The position numbers and the translations under genes are program-made. This document shows positions 18,811 through 29,084 of a DNA stretch of 64,000 bases, piece after piece. The stretch covers positions 1,600,001 to 1,664,000 of the forward strand of contig OY760142.1 of NCBI GenBank assembly GCA_963663225.1. Direction: 5' to 3'. Source of the stretch: Nitrospirota bacterium (lineage in GTDB: Bacteria; Nitrospirota; UBA9217). Positions within the stretch are counted from its first letter, which is position 1; each line of letters opens with the position of its first letter. The notes below the pieces were generated by a model, which worked only from the letters and a program-made list of their open reading frames with translations, was not told the DNA's origin and made no database searches.

Positions 18811-19431
18811 GTGGATGTCATTCGTTTTTTTAAAAAAATTGCAGCAGGATTTTTTGCCTTTGCTGTAATGGCGGCTGTTGGTTCGGCCGCGTCGCCTGCG
18901 CAGGATGAAAACAAAAAATTTTCGGAATACACTTCACCCGGCAATTATTTTACCTGCACTATTCCTGCGGACTGGAGCGTGTACAATCCGGGTTTTGGTT
19001 TGTCAGCGGAGGAGAAAAAAGTATATGGGTTGACCCTGTTGGGCCCCCGGAACGGAAGCAAGGTCTCTCCAGAGATTTCTTTACATTATTACGCCCCGGG
19101 GAATCTTCTGCATAAGACAATGGAACGATTTATCCGGTTGCATGCCGGTCCTGTTCTGGGAGAAGCGAAGGAAGGGGCGTCTTACGGCACAGTCGGCAAG
19201 ATTACCATTGCGGACAGAGAAGCAAAGGCCTTTGAACGGAAAAACATTCAATTTATCGGCGGACGTTCTTTGAACCCGGAGAAGGTCGCCCTGCATGAAG
19301 AATATATTGTCGTTCCCGACAAAAAGAATGAAGGGTTCTATGTCGTTCGGTTTTCAGTCCCGGAGGAGCTTAAGGACAGAGACGCAGAAACATTTAAAAC
19401 CGTTGCAAAATCATTTCTGCCAAAGAAGTAA
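18811..19431 (+). CDS. Exported hypothetical protein, possibly PsbP/Mog1-like fold
   Basis: Signal peptide; YFTCTIPADW near the N-terminus and FKTVAKSF at the C-terminus; AAGGAGG RBS. Confidence 0.55.
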   Translation: MDVIRFFKKIAAGFFAFAVMAAVGSAASPAQDENKKFSEYTSPGNYFTCTIPADWSVYNPGFGLSAEEKKVYGLTLLGPRNGSKVSPEISLHYYAPGNLLHKTMERFIRLHAGPVLGEAKEGASYGTVGKITIADREAKAFERKNIQFIGGRSLNPEKVALHEEYIVVPDKKNEGFYVVRFSVPEELKDRDAETFKTVAKSFLPKK

Positions 19432-19638
19432 ACACCATGCATTATAATCAGCATCACTGGTCTATCCGGAGTTCTTCCGCCTTGTTATTCTCCCATTTAA
19501 GAAACCGACCTTTTACCATGCATCAAAAATTTCATGAACAAAACAGCCTGGACAGGACCGGGGCTTGACCGGATTTGAGCGTCGTAAGCAAGCCTTAAAA
19601 GCCGCTGTTCTAGAAGCCGATTTACCTGGAAATAGTTC

Positions 19639-19667
19639 TTGACGTTTCTGCCGTTGCGTTATATTCT
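19639..19667 (+). promoter_or_regulatory. Sigma70-type promoter about 330 nt upstream of the ABC operon
   Basis: TTGACG-17 nt-TATTCT. Confidence 0.5.
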
Positions 19668-20002
19668 ATTGAACAGTCAATGGTTTCGCGATTGTGAACC
19701 TCGGAATATTTGAGAATACGACCGGAATTCCTCTTTTCGCCTGCAAATAAGCTGAACAATCAGACGAGTGCAGACAAAACGTTTTTTGCGGGACCCATGA
19801 ATAGGGCGGTAGTTTGGCCTGGGTTGCGGTCTTCGTACGGTCTTGAAGAAGCGTCCGATGAGACATCGGAAACAGAAAACGAATTTTTACCGGTGTGAAA
19901 ATCGTGGCTGTAAACAGCAGACCGGTCATTGCATTGATCGACAGCGTTTTTTACGGCATGAATACTACAATAATAAAATAAATACCGTGAGGAGGGATGT
20001 GC

Positions 20003-20980
20003 ATGAACAGGAATCTTCGATTGGGTGTCGTCTTGCTTGCCGTGCTGCTTCTTGTGCCGTCTTTGTCTTTCGCAGAAGACGTCGTGCGGCTGGGAAACCT
20101 GAAATTTGCGCATTATGGCGCGGTCTCGTACATGAAAGAGCACTGCGGAAAATTCGGGCTCAAGGTTGAAGAAATTATTTTCCCCAAAGGGATTGATATG
20201 TTTCCCGCCATAGTCCGCGGAGACGTCGATATCGCGGCGAGCGCGGCGGATGCCGCCATTGCCAATCGGGCGGGCAAAGGCCCGATTTATGTGGTTGCAG
20301 GATTTGCCAAAGGGGGCGCACGGCTCGTCAGCCGCGCAGATCTGAACTTAAAGAGCGTGGCCGACCTGAAAGGCAAAAAAGTCGGTGTTGCCCGGGGCGG
20401 CGCGCAGGAACTCCTTCTCGCGGCCGAACTGTCGAAGGCCGGCCTTACCTGGTCCGATAAACCGGGAAAAGACGTGCTCATCGTGTATTTGCCCTTCGGC
20501 GATCTCAACCAGGCATTGCTGCAGAAGCAGATCGACGCCATGTGCCAGTCGGAGCCGCAGTCTTCTCAGGCGATCAATAAGGGCTTCGGCGCGGAAATTC
20601 TCAAACCCTACGACACGCCCATGGGTGAGCCGGTGCGCGTCCTGGTGATGACGGAAAAGCTTTACCACGAGCGTCCTGACGTCGCCCGGCGCGTTGTGGA
20701 ATGCTTCGTGGATTCGACGCGGTACTTTATCAAGAACCCGAACGTGGCGCGGAAATATGTGGTGAACCAGATGTTTAAAGGCCAGATCACTGATGATGAT
20801 TACAATGATGCGATGAACAATGCCTCATTTACCTATGACGTGACGGCCAAACACATCCAGATAACAACCGATCTTATGGCAAAATACGGCATCGGGAAAA
20901 TGACGGTTCCTCCGAACGCTGCCGAGTGGGTAAAACTCGATCTTCTCCAAAAGGCAAAAAAGAAACTATGGGTAAAATAA
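20003..20980 (+). CDS. NitT/TauT/SsuA-family ABC substrate-binding protein
   Basis: Signal peptide, SVADLKGKKVGV, IDA..EP; heads an ABC triplet. Confidence 0.88.
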   Translation: MNRNLRLGVVLLAVLLLVPSLSFAEDVVRLGNLKFAHYGAVSYMKEHCGKFGLKVEEIIFPKGIDMFPAIVRGDVDIAASAADAAIANRAGKGPIYVVAGFAKGGARLVSRADLNLKSVADLKGKKVGVARGGAQELLLAAELSKAGLTWSDKPGKDVLIVYLPFGDLNQALLQKQIDAMCQSEPQSSQAINKGFGAEILKPYDTPMGEPVRVLVMTEKLYHERPDVARRVVECFVDSTRYFIKNPNVARKYVVNQMFKGQITDDDYNDAMNNASFTYDVTAKHIQITTDLMAKYGIGKMTVPPNAAEWVKLDLLQKAKKKLWVK

Positions 20981-21801
20981 TCTGGTCACCGGCAGTTCAG
21001 CGGCTGGTGCGTTCGCTTCTGGTTCCGGTGTTTGCGCTGATTGTATGGGAAGGGGTCGTCCGCATCGGGTGGGTGTCTCCCCTCGTGCTTCCCGCCCCAT
21101 CCGAAGTGTTTCTGCGCTGGATTAAATACGCATTGCCGGTATATCCCTATGACCCTGCCGAAGGCAGCTGGTTTGTCTGGGCGATTTCCGGAGAGCTGCC
21201 GGGCGACGCATTCTCCAGCCTGATGCGCATTGTTACGGGTTTTTGCATCGGGGCGGGACTTGCCCTGCCGATCGGACTGATGATGGGCGCCAGCCCGAAG
21301 TTTTATGAGCTGTTCAACCCGATCATACAGATAATCCGCCCGATTCCTCCCATTGCCTTTATTCCGCTTGCCATTCTCTGGTTCGGATTGGGCAACCCGC
21401 CGGCGTTTTTTCTTATTTCACTCGGCGCTTTCTTCCCGGTTCTGATGAATACCATTGCCGGGGTGAAGCACGTGGACAGCATTTATCTTCGTGCGGCCCA
21501 GAACCTGGGGGCGTCCCGGTGGGTGATCTTTCGCCGGATCATGATACCGGCGTCCATGCCGTATATCCTTACCGGCATACGGGTCGGAATCGGCATTGCC
21601 TTCATCGTGGTGATTGTTGCGGAAATGATCGCGGTAAACAGCGGGCTTGGCTACCGCATCCTTGAAGCGCGAGAATACTTCTGGTCGGACAAGGTCATTG
21701 CTGGCATGATCACGATCGGTTTTGTCGGCCTCGGGATCGATCTGCTCATGCATCGGATAAACGCCCGGCTGCTGCGCTGGCATCGGGGGTTGGAAGAATG
21801 A
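20968..21801 (+). CDS. NitT/TauT-family ABC permease
   Basis: LPAPSEV, RPIPPIAFIPLAILWFG, AAQNLGA, AEMIA. Confidence 0.92.
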   Translation: MGKIIWSPAVQRLVRSLLVPVFALIVWEGVVRIGWVSPLVLPAPSEVFLRWIKYALPVYPYDPAEGSWFVWAISGELPGDAFSSLMRIVTGFCIGAGLALPIGLMMGASPKFYELFNPIIQIIRPIPPIAFIPLAILWFGLGNPPAFFLISLGAFFPVLMNTIAGVKHVDSIYLRAAQNLGASRWVIFRRIMIPASMPYILTGIRVGIGIAFIVVIVAEMIAVNSGLGYRILEAREYFWSDKVIAGMITIGFVGLGIDLLMHRINARLLRWHRGLEE

Positions 21802-22622
21802 AAAGCAAGAACATGCCGGATATGGCTGTGCAGGTCCGCGACCTTCGCAAGGTATTTTCCGGCAAAGACCGGGAAGTCGTCGCACTCGACGGCATTACGC
21901 TCGATGTGGAGCCGGGGGAATTCGTGTGCCTTCTCGGCCCCTCCGGCTGCGGAAAATCAACGCTCTTGAATGCAATCGCCGGATTTTCACCGCCCACAGG
22001 GGGGGAAGTGATTGCCAATGGGCGGCACGTAACAGGGCCGGGTCCGGACCGCGCGATGGTTTTTCAGGAATACGCGCTGTTTCCCTGGATGACGGTGGAG
22101 GAAAATGTTGCATTCGGCCTCGATATCATGGGCAAATCCTCGCCCGAGATCAAGGCCATCGTGGAAGCGCTTCTTCGCAAGCTCCGCTTGTTTGAATTTC
22201 GCGACCGTTTTCCAAAAGACCTGTCGGGCGGAATGCGCCAGCGTGTTGCGATTGCGCGCACGCTTGCGATCGATTCTCCCACCCTTCTCATGGATGAGCC
22301 GTTCGGCGCGCTGGATGCGCTTACCCGCCGCAATCTCCAGGACGAGCTGCTCAGAATCTGGTCCGAATTGCGGCGTACTATCATTTTTGTGACCCACGGG
22401 ATCGAGGAATCGATTTATCTCGCGGACCGGGTCGTGGTGATGACCTATCGGCCCGGCAAAATCAAGGAGATTATTCCCATACGGATGCCCCGTCCCCGGG
22501 ACCCTTCTTCAGCAAAATTTAACCAGCTGGAACGGACGATATCAAAACTTGTCATGGAAGAACAGGCGCTGTTCAAGGCAGATGAGGAGCATGAAAAGCC
22601 TGTTGCCCGGCAGCCTGCCTGA
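21798..22622 (+). CDS. NitT/TauT-family ABC ATP-binding protein
   Basis: GPSGCGKST, LSGGMRQR, LLMDEPFGALD. Confidence 0.93.
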   Translation: MKSKNMPDMAVQVRDLRKVFSGKDREVVALDGITLDVEPGEFVCLLGPSGCGKSTLLNAIAGFSPPTGGEVIANGRHVTGPGPDRAMVFQEYALFPWMTVEENVAFGLDIMGKSSPEIKAIVEALLRKLRLFEFRDRFPKDLSGGMRQRVAIARTLAIDSPTLLMDEPFGALDALTRRNLQDELLRIWSELRRTIIFVTHGIEESIYLADRVVVMTYRPGKIKEIIPIRMPRPRDPSSAKFNQLERTISKLVMEEQALFKADEEHEKPVARQPA

Positions 22623-22808
22623 CGGCCGTATTCCAATTTAATGGGCAATTGAAGCAATGCTATCAACTGCCTTCAAAAGAACAGCATCTCATACCCAAAC
22701 GCTCAACCTGGTGTTGTTTCAGGTCATGAGCGTTTATTTTTTTAAGCCGCCGTGCAAGAAAAGACGGGCGGACGATACTTAATTCAGTATTTTGTAAAAA
22801 AGACGTTT

Positions 22809-23210
22809 ATGGACAAGAAACCAAATATACAAACGGTTTTATATCTGGCCGGCGTAGTAATTCTACTGGCCGGCCTCGGCGCTGCCATCTGGATTTACCT
22901 GACTGCGGAAAAAAGCATCGGGGATCCGGATTACGAAATAGCGGGCGGGTACGTTTATTCCTCAACGCCGGGCAACACCAAGAAATATACCCACGATCTG
23001 GAGCTGTACGGCGGCAAGGCGGCAGTGCTTGCTGAACAGTTCAGCCGCTGGTTCCGGGGGCTGTGGCTTGGTCAAACGCTTGCCTTTACCGTATTTTGCA
23101 TCTCACTGCTGCTGTCTTGCGGGGTTTTCCTTGCTGCCAGAAACGCGTCCCGCCCTCCATCTGATGCAGGTAATACAAACAATAGTGATAAAACCGATAA
23201 ACAGGGATGA
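22809..23210 (+). CDS. Hypothetical protein with two TM segments
   Basis: Two hydrophobic segments around KKYTHDLELYGGKA; start uncertain. Confidence 0.65.
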   Translation: MDKKPNIQTVLYLAGVVILLAGLGAAIWIYLTAEKSIGDPDYEIAGGYVYSSTPGNTKKYTHDLELYGGKAAVLAEQFSRWFRGLWLGQTLAFTVFCISLLLSCGVFLAARNASRPPSDAGNTNNSDKTDKQG

Positions 23211-23294
23211 TTTTCCGAAGCGCTGTCGAAATGTTGTCAGGCATGCTAGAATATAGGTATATTTTTTTGCATAGAATTTAACGAGGAATAGAGA

Positions 23295-24056
23295 ATGTTG
23301 ATTTTTGCTGCAATGTTTACGCTTGGTCTGCTGCTCGGCTTTATCGGCGTCGGAGGAGCAGGGATCGTCATTGCGATTTTGAGCGTAGGGTTCAATGTTC
23401 CCATCCATACGGCGCTCGGGACCTCGCTTGGAGCGATGGGATTTACCACCGTGGCAGGCGTGTACAGCCATTTTCGGGAAAACAATGTTGCGGTGAAATG
23501 CGGTCTGGCGGTAGGATTGTTCGGAGCCGCCGGCGCGTATCTGGGAGTCAAGATAGCGACGCTGCTGCCGGAATACGCTCTCACCAAACTGACTGCAGGC
23601 ATGCTGCTTTTTTCCGCCGGATTGCTCTGTTTTCGGATGTCGTTCTACCCAAACGGCGTTTTCAAACGCATGGATGATAGAATCGATTCAAGAGGGCCAA
23701 GATTCTGGGTTGCAGCCGCTGGAGTAGGATTTACCGCGGGGGTCCTGTCGGGCGCTTTCGGGATCGGCGCTGCGCCGTTTATTCAGCTCGGGCTGCTTGT
23801 TTTTTTCAGCCTATCGCTGCCGGAAGTTGCCGGCACAACGATGCTGGTGACGCTACCCATCGCGCTGCTGGGCGGATTGGGGTATTTGACAGCCGGATAT
23901 CTTGATATGCATCTGTTTTTCACGGTCATCGCGGGATTAATGAGCGGAACATTCATCGGCGCCAAATTTACCAGACGTTTTCCGCCCGCTGTTCTGAAAG
24001 CCGCCATGATTTCCACGCCTATTATCGCCGCGCTCCTGCTGCTGTTCGGCACGTAA
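23295..24056 (+). CDS. Sulfite exporter TauE/SafE family protein
   Basis: Internal duplication GFIGVGGA / GAFGIGAA, A.GTS/AGTT motifs, about 8 TM helices. Confidence 0.85.
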   Translation: MLIFAAMFTLGLLLGFIGVGGAGIVIAILSVGFNVPIHTALGTSLGAMGFTTVAGVYSHFRENNVAVKCGLAVGLFGAAGAYLGVKIATLLPEYALTKLTAGMLLFSAGLLCFRMSFYPNGVFKRMDDRIDSRGPRFWVAAAGVGFTAGVLSGAFGIGAAPFIQLGLLVFFSLSLPEVAGTTMLVTLPIALLGGLGYLTAGYLDMHLFFTVIAGLMSGTFIGAKFTRRFPPAVLKAAMISTPIIAALLLLFGT

Positions 24057-24085
24057 TGATGCGTGAGATATGCTGAATGAATTGG

Positions 24086-24115
24086 AAAGTCCCGAAGCGA
24101 TTCGGGACTTTTTTT
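24086..24115 (+). terminator. Intrinsic terminator
   Basis: AAAGTCCCGAA-gcga-TTCGGGACTTT followed by T run. Confidence 0.85.
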
Positions 24116-24770
24116 ATTTGATGATTCATGAGTAGCAACAAGCGAGGTGCCGGTCTTGACTGCCAGGTTCTCTGTTTGAGCGATGTTAGGAGAGGAACAC
24201 ACTGGTGAGACGAGTGTTTTGTGCGCGTCGGTCTCGACCGACAAGGATGAATAATGAATGTCAGTGATCGATCATCCAATTGAAAGTCATATTTAAAGAT
24301 AGAGAGCGGGGAATCAAATAGTTATGATGTGTGGCTTCACCATGCCGCAGAGAAAAGGATGATCTAGATTTCTGTTTTGAGAGCCTGGATCAGCGGGAGC
24401 ATTATGTTCTTAAAACCGAGATAAAATCTTGCTCTCTTTTTACAGAAAAGATATTAATGCTTTTAAATACGGTAGCACAGATTAATTGGGTGGTCAATGA
24501 ATTTAAGAAATAATTCGCGGCATCTGCTTGAATTTGTGAGAATATGAGCAAAAGACTAATACGCAAAAAAGAAACAGCCATTAAGTAAAAATTAATTTAC
24601 AGCCAAGTGATTGCTTTCTGAGTGAAAGGCAGTTGGGCCGTCTGCGGGATGACATTTTTCACTGTCAAGTCAACCACGAACGTTTTTATCTAAAATAGCT
24701 AATAATTTGGATGTTTTTAAGTCATTACACTTGCATATCTAACGAACTGTGGTAAAATGACATCTCAAAC

Positions 24771-25481
24771 ATGGGACGTTTTCTAAAAGGCCTCGGGATA
24801 TTCATCGCCCTGGTGGGTGTCGGTGTCATAAGCGCGTTTGCGGTCGTTGCACTGCTTCTTCGCCAGGAGGAAGTGCGGGTGCCGGATTTAACCGGCCAGG
24901 ACCTTGTGACCGCTGTGGAGAAACTCACCCAGCAGGGGTTGCAGCCCAAGATCGACCGGCGGGAACCGCATCCGTCAATACCGCGGGACTCGGTTGTTTC
25001 GCAGACACCCCCGCCGGGAAGCGGAATCAAAAAAGGCCGGCAGGTGCGCGTGGTGGTGAGCCAGGGCCCGACCGACATGCAGACGCCGAAGCTTAACGGC
25101 GAACATTTCCGCAAGGCGGACATGATGATCCGCCAGGCCGGATTCACTCCCGGCATGGTGTCCCGGGTATCTTCTGAAAAAGTTGACCGTGACATGGTGA
25201 TTGCCCAGGCCCCGGAGGCCGGAAGCCTGCTGGAACGGGGCGGAAAGATAAATCTGCTTGTCAGTTCCGGCAGAAAGATCCAGCCCTTTGTCATGCCGAA
25301 GCTGATGGGGAAAAGGGCGGAAGAAGCGGTCAGAATCACCGACCGCATGGGACTGCAGCATCGATTGACCATGAAAACCGCGGGCAGCAAAATCCCGTCA
25401 CGCGTGGTTATTCAGCAAAAACCGACTGCAGGCTCCCCCGTGGCATCGGACACCACCGTGGACATTATCGTCAGCAAGTAG
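24771..25481 (+). CDS. PASTA-domain protein (three repeats)
   Basis: TM anchor, then VPDLTG/TPKLNG/MPKLMG repeats with VVSQTP...VSxG; upstream of rpe. Confidence 0.88.
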   Translation: MGRFLKGLGIFIALVGVGVISAFAVVALLLRQEEVRVPDLTGQDLVTAVEKLTQQGLQPKIDRREPHPSIPRDSVVSQTPPPGSGIKKGRQVRVVVSQGPTDMQTPKLNGEHFRKADMMIRQAGFTPGMVSRVSSEKVDRDMVIAQAPEAGSLLERGGKINLLVSSGRKIQPFVMPKLMGKRAEEAVRITDRMGLQHRLTMKTAGSKIPSRVVIQQKPTAGSPVASDTTVDIIVSK

Positions 25482-25522
25482 CAACAAATGCCAGCGACCA
25501 CCGGTCGCTTTTCGAGGTAGTG

Positions 25523-26179
25523 ATGACAAAAAAAATCAAAATTGCCCCTTCAATCCTTTCGGCTGACTTCACCCGGCTTGGCGAGGAAATACGTGCTGTT
25601 GAAGCGGCCGGCGCCGACATGATCCATGTTGACGTCATGGACGGCCACTTTGTGCCGAACATCACCATCGGACCGATGATCGTTCAGGCGGCGCGCAAGT
25701 CAACAACGCTTCCGCTGGATGTTCATCTTATGATAACCAATCCGGAGCTGTACATTGCGGATTTCGCGCGGGCCGGCGCAGATTCCATAACGGTGCACGT
25801 GGAGGCCACCGCGCATCTGAACAGGCTTGTGCAGACGATGAAGGAGCAGAAGGTCAAGGCCGGGGTGTCGCTCAATCCGGCGACTCCGCTTGCGACTCTT
25901 GACTATGTCCTTGCGGATGTGGACCTGGTCCTTGTCATGTCCGTGAACCCGGGGTTCGGCGGACAGGAATTTATCCCGTCGGCGATCGACAAAATCAGCG
26001 CTCTCCGGAAGATGATCAATGACCGGCGGCTTGCTGCCGCAATTGAAGTTGATGGCGGAGTGAAGCCCGGGAACGCCGCGGAGATCATCCGGGCGGGCGC
26101 CGATATTCTTGTTGCAGGCTCCGCCGTTTTCGGCGCAAAGGACTACGCGTCCGCTGTTCGCGCCATCCGGGGTGTATAA
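25523..26179 (+). CDS. rpe: Ribulose-phosphate 3-epimerase
   Basis: [37 protein letters not shown]. Confidence 0.97.
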   Translation: MTKKIKIAPSILSADFTRLGEEIRAVEAAGADMIHVDVMDGHFVPNITIGPMIVQAARKSTTLPLDVHLMITNPELYIADFARAGADSITVHVEATAHLNRLVQTMKEQKVKAGVSLNPATPLATLDYVLADVDLVLVMSVNPGFGGQEFIPSAIDKISALRKMINDRRLAAAIEVDGGVKPGNAAEIIRAGADILVAGSAVFGAKDYASAVRAIRGV

Positions 26180-26266
26180 TAATCAGGGATCCGGCGCGGC
26201 GCACACTACGCTGGCCGGAGGCTGTTTAACAAATTCAGCATTTTCTTGTTTTATGTGGAGGATTTC

Positions 26267-28054
26267 ATGGCCGTCAAACAACGAGCAGAAAAGAGACGGA
26301 TTGAGCTCAAGGATGTCAAGGAACCCGTCTTGTTCAGGGATATTTTCCCGTACACCAGCATCCCCCGCGTGGTGCTTGAAGACCGGCTCATCCAGACCAA
26401 GATTCCGAAGGACATCTGGATAACGGATACGACTTTCCGCGACGGACAGCAGTCGAGGCCGCCGTATAAACCGCAGCAGATCGCCGATATTTTTGATTTT
26501 CTACACCGCATGAGCGGACCGAAAGGCGTGATTCGCCAGTCCGAGTTTTTTCTCTATTCCGAGAAGGACCGCGAAGCGGTGCGCCTCTGCATGGAGAAAG
26601 GCTACCGCTTTCCTGAAATAACCGGCTGGATACGGGCGAACAAGAATGATTTTAAGCTGTTGAAGGATGTTGGAATTACCGAAACCGGGATTCTGACTTC
26701 CTGTTCGGACTACCATATTTTTCTGAAGCTTAACCTTTCGCGAAAAGAGGCGCTCAAATCATATCTCGATATCGTAAAAACCGCGATTGAGCACGGCATC
26801 AAGCCGCGGTGCCATTTCGAGGACATCACGCGCGCGGACTTTTACGGGTTCGTCATCCCTTTTGCGCAGGAGTTGATGAAGATATCCGAGGACGCAAAGG
26901 TGCCGGTCAAGATCAGGGCCTGCGACACCATGGGCTACGGCATCCCCTTTCCCGGAACAGCGCTTCCGCGCAGCGTGCCGGAAATTTTTTACGCGCTCAA
27001 TCGCGAAGCAGGAGTTCCTTCGGAGCAGCTTGAATGGCATGGGCACAATGATTTTCACAAGGGACTGATCAACGGCGTTGCCGCCTGGATGTATGGGTGC
27101 TCCTCCGTGAACGGCGCGCTGCTCGGATTCGGAGAACGCACCGGCAACACCCCGGTCGAGGCGCTGCTGATCGAATACATCAGCCTGACCGGAGAGTCGA
27201 CGGGGATTGACACGGCGGCTATCACCGAGATGTCTGCGTATTTCCGGCAGGAGATGGACTTCCCGATTCCGGCAAACTATCCGTTCGTAGGCGCTGAATT
27301 CAACTCAACGAGCGCCGGCATCCACGCGGACGGCATGATGAAAAACGAGGAAATCTACAATATCTTCGACACGTCAAAAATTCTGAACCGCCCCATGGGC
27401 GTTATTGTCACCGACAAGACGGGGATTGCCGGCATCGCGCACTGGGTGAACAACCACCTGAATCAGAAGGCAGACATGAAGATCGACAAGCGCCATCCAG
27501 GACTTGCCAAAATATATAAATGGGTCATGGACCAGTACAACCAGGGCAGGACAACGAGCATTTCGCACAACGAACTTATTGAACACGCGAAAAAATATCT
27601 GCCAGAATACTTTGTGTCCGATCTCGACAAGCTGAAGATCAAGGCGCGCGAGATCGCGCTGCACCTTGTCGAAGGCACCGTTCAGCGTCCGGACTTCCGG
27701 ACCATGAATCACGCAAAGCAGGAAACAATCATGCAGAAGCTGCTTGACGAGCACCCGTTCATCCAGTTTGCGTATGTGGTGAACCCGGAGGGGAAGAAGA
27801 CCACCAGAAACATCACCCAGATACAGTTCAAGGCGCAGCTTGAGCACGCGGACCTGGGCGACAACTTTTCCGACCGGTCATGGTTCATCCGGCCCATGTC
27901 CGATGGAAAGAGCTTTGTTTCTGATTTCTACACATCCAAGATCACCGGCGCGCTTTGCATTACCGTGTCCGCGCCGATCAGTTCCGAGCAAGGCGGAATC
28001 GAAGGAGTGTTCGGGGTGGATATCCGCTTTGAAGACCTTGTAAAGTCAGAATAG
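26267..28054 (+). CDS. Re-citrate synthase-like DRE-TIM metallolyase with C-terminal Cache/PDC-like domain
   Basis: ITDTTFRDGQQSR, CHFEDITRAD, HGHNDF, GERTGN; C-terminal DRSWF...SDFYTS...ITVSAPI...GVFGVDI. Confidence 0.8.
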   Translation: MAVKQRAEKRRIELKDVKEPVLFRDIFPYTSIPRVVLEDRLIQTKIPKDIWITDTTFRDGQQSRPPYKPQQIADIFDFLHRMSGPKGVIRQSEFFLYSEKDREAVRLCMEKGYRFPEITGWIRANKNDFKLLKDVGITETGILTSCSDYHIFLKLNLSRKEALKSYLDIVKTAIEHGIKPRCHFEDITRADFYGFVIPFAQELMKISEDAKVPVKIRACDTMGYGIPFPGTALPRSVPEIFYALNREAGVPSEQLEWHGHNDFHKGLINGVAAWMYGCSSVNGALLGFGERTGNTPVEALLIEYISLTGESTGIDTAAITEMSAYFRQEMDFPIPANYPFVGAEFNSTSAGIHADGMMKNEEIYNIFDTSKILNRPMGVIVTDKTGIAGIAHWVNNHLNQKADMKIDKRHPGLAKIYKWVMDQYNQGRTTSISHNELIEHAKKYLPEYFVSDLDKLKIKAREIALHLVEGTVQRPDFRTMNHAKQETIMQKLLDEHPFIQFAYVVNPEGKKTTRNITQIQFKAQLEHADLGDNFSDRSWFIRPMSDGKSFVSDFYTSKITGALCITVSAPISSEQGGIEGVFGVDIRFEDLVKSE

Positions 28055-28079
28055 AAGGACAGGGCTCCAGCAAGTTGAC

Positions 28080-28112
28080 AAGCCGTACACCGGTTCGGTG
28101 TGCGGCTTTTTT
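28080..28112. terminator. Terminator between convergent genes
   Basis: AAGCCGTACACCG-gtt-CGGTGTGCGGCTT followed by T run. Confidence 0.8.
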
Positions 28113-28959
28113 ATTCGTTCTGTCGTATTCCGGCTTCCCACGCCAGGATCGCTTTTTTTCGGGCAAGGCCCCAGCGGTATCCTCCCAGGGCACCAGTTTT
28201 CCGGATAACGCGGTGGCAGGGAATGAGAAAGGCCACCGGGTTATGCGCCACAGCATTAGCTGCGGCGCGGACGGCCTTTGGCCTGCCGATTCCCTGGGCG
28301 ATCTGTTCGTACGAAGCAAGCCGGTCAGCCGGAATTCCGAGCAACGCCTGCCAGACCTTGACCTGAAAATTAGTGCCTTTCAGATGGAGCGGCAGCGGCG
28401 AGGAAGGATACGACGGGCCGAATATCCGGTCAACGAATGGTTTTACGACAGAGGTATTTTCGCGAACATCGGCCTGATACCATTCTTTTTTGAACACGCG
28501 GACCATCTTTTGTTCATTGTCCTGTTCGATGAACGCAAGACGGCAGATGCCGCGGCCGGTAACTGCTGCAAAGCACGTGCCGAACGGGCTCGGAAAAAAA
28601 CCGTAGGAAATCTTCAGATGCCTGCCGTGGTTCCGGAACTCATCCGGGGTCATGGCCTCAATCGTCACAAACAGGTCATGCAGCCTTCCGGCGCTGGACA
28701 ATCCGGAATTGTTGGTGACATCAAGCAGGCTGCCTGGATTTTTCATCAGCTGTTTGGCGTGTTCGAGATTCAGCAGCTGCAGAAAATGCTTCGGGGTGAT
28801 TCCCGCCCACCGCCTGAAAAGACGATGCAGGTGGTATTCGCTCAAATTCACCGTGTGCGCTATTTGCTTCAGGTCCGGTTTTTTTTGAAAGTTTTTCTCC
28901 AGAAAAAGGATGATCGTTTCAATACGTTTGTAATCCGCTGTTGCTGATTTCCATTTCAT
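28111..28959 (-). CDS. Ada-like protein: AraC HTH fused to O6-methylguanine-DNA methyltransferase
   Basis: LSEYHLHRLFRRWAGITPK; GTNFQVKVW and IPCHRV active site; GAGGTG RBS. Confidence 0.92.
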   Translation of the reverse strand: MKWKSATADYKRIETIILFLEKNFQKKPDLKQIAHTVNLSEYHLHRLFRRWAGITPKHFLQLLNLEHAKQLMKNPGSLLDVTNNSGLSSAGRLHDLFVTIEAMTPDEFRNHGRHLKISYGFFPSPFGTCFAAVTGRGICRLAFIEQDNEQKMVRVFKKEWYQADVRENTSVVKPFVDRIFGPSYPSSPLPLHLKGTNFQVKVWQALLGIPADRLASYEQIAQGIGRPKAVRAAANAVAHNPVAFLIPCHRVIRKTGALGGYRWGLARKKAILAWEAGIRQNE

Positions 28960-29049
28960 GCTCTTCACCTCGTTCTGCATGTATCATAGCGCGGAGAATC
29001 TCCTATGACAACCCGGTTCTTGCTCTTTGAGTAATCCCCAGGATTTGCT

Positions 29050-29078
29050 TTGCGCACGTCCTTCGGGAATAGTATAAT
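29050..29078 (+). promoter_or_regulatory. Sigma70-type promoter, probably giving a leaderless mRNA
   Basis: TTGCGC-17 nt-TATAAT ending 6 nt before ATG 29085; no SD sequence. Confidence 0.5.
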
Positions 29079-29084
29079 CTCATT

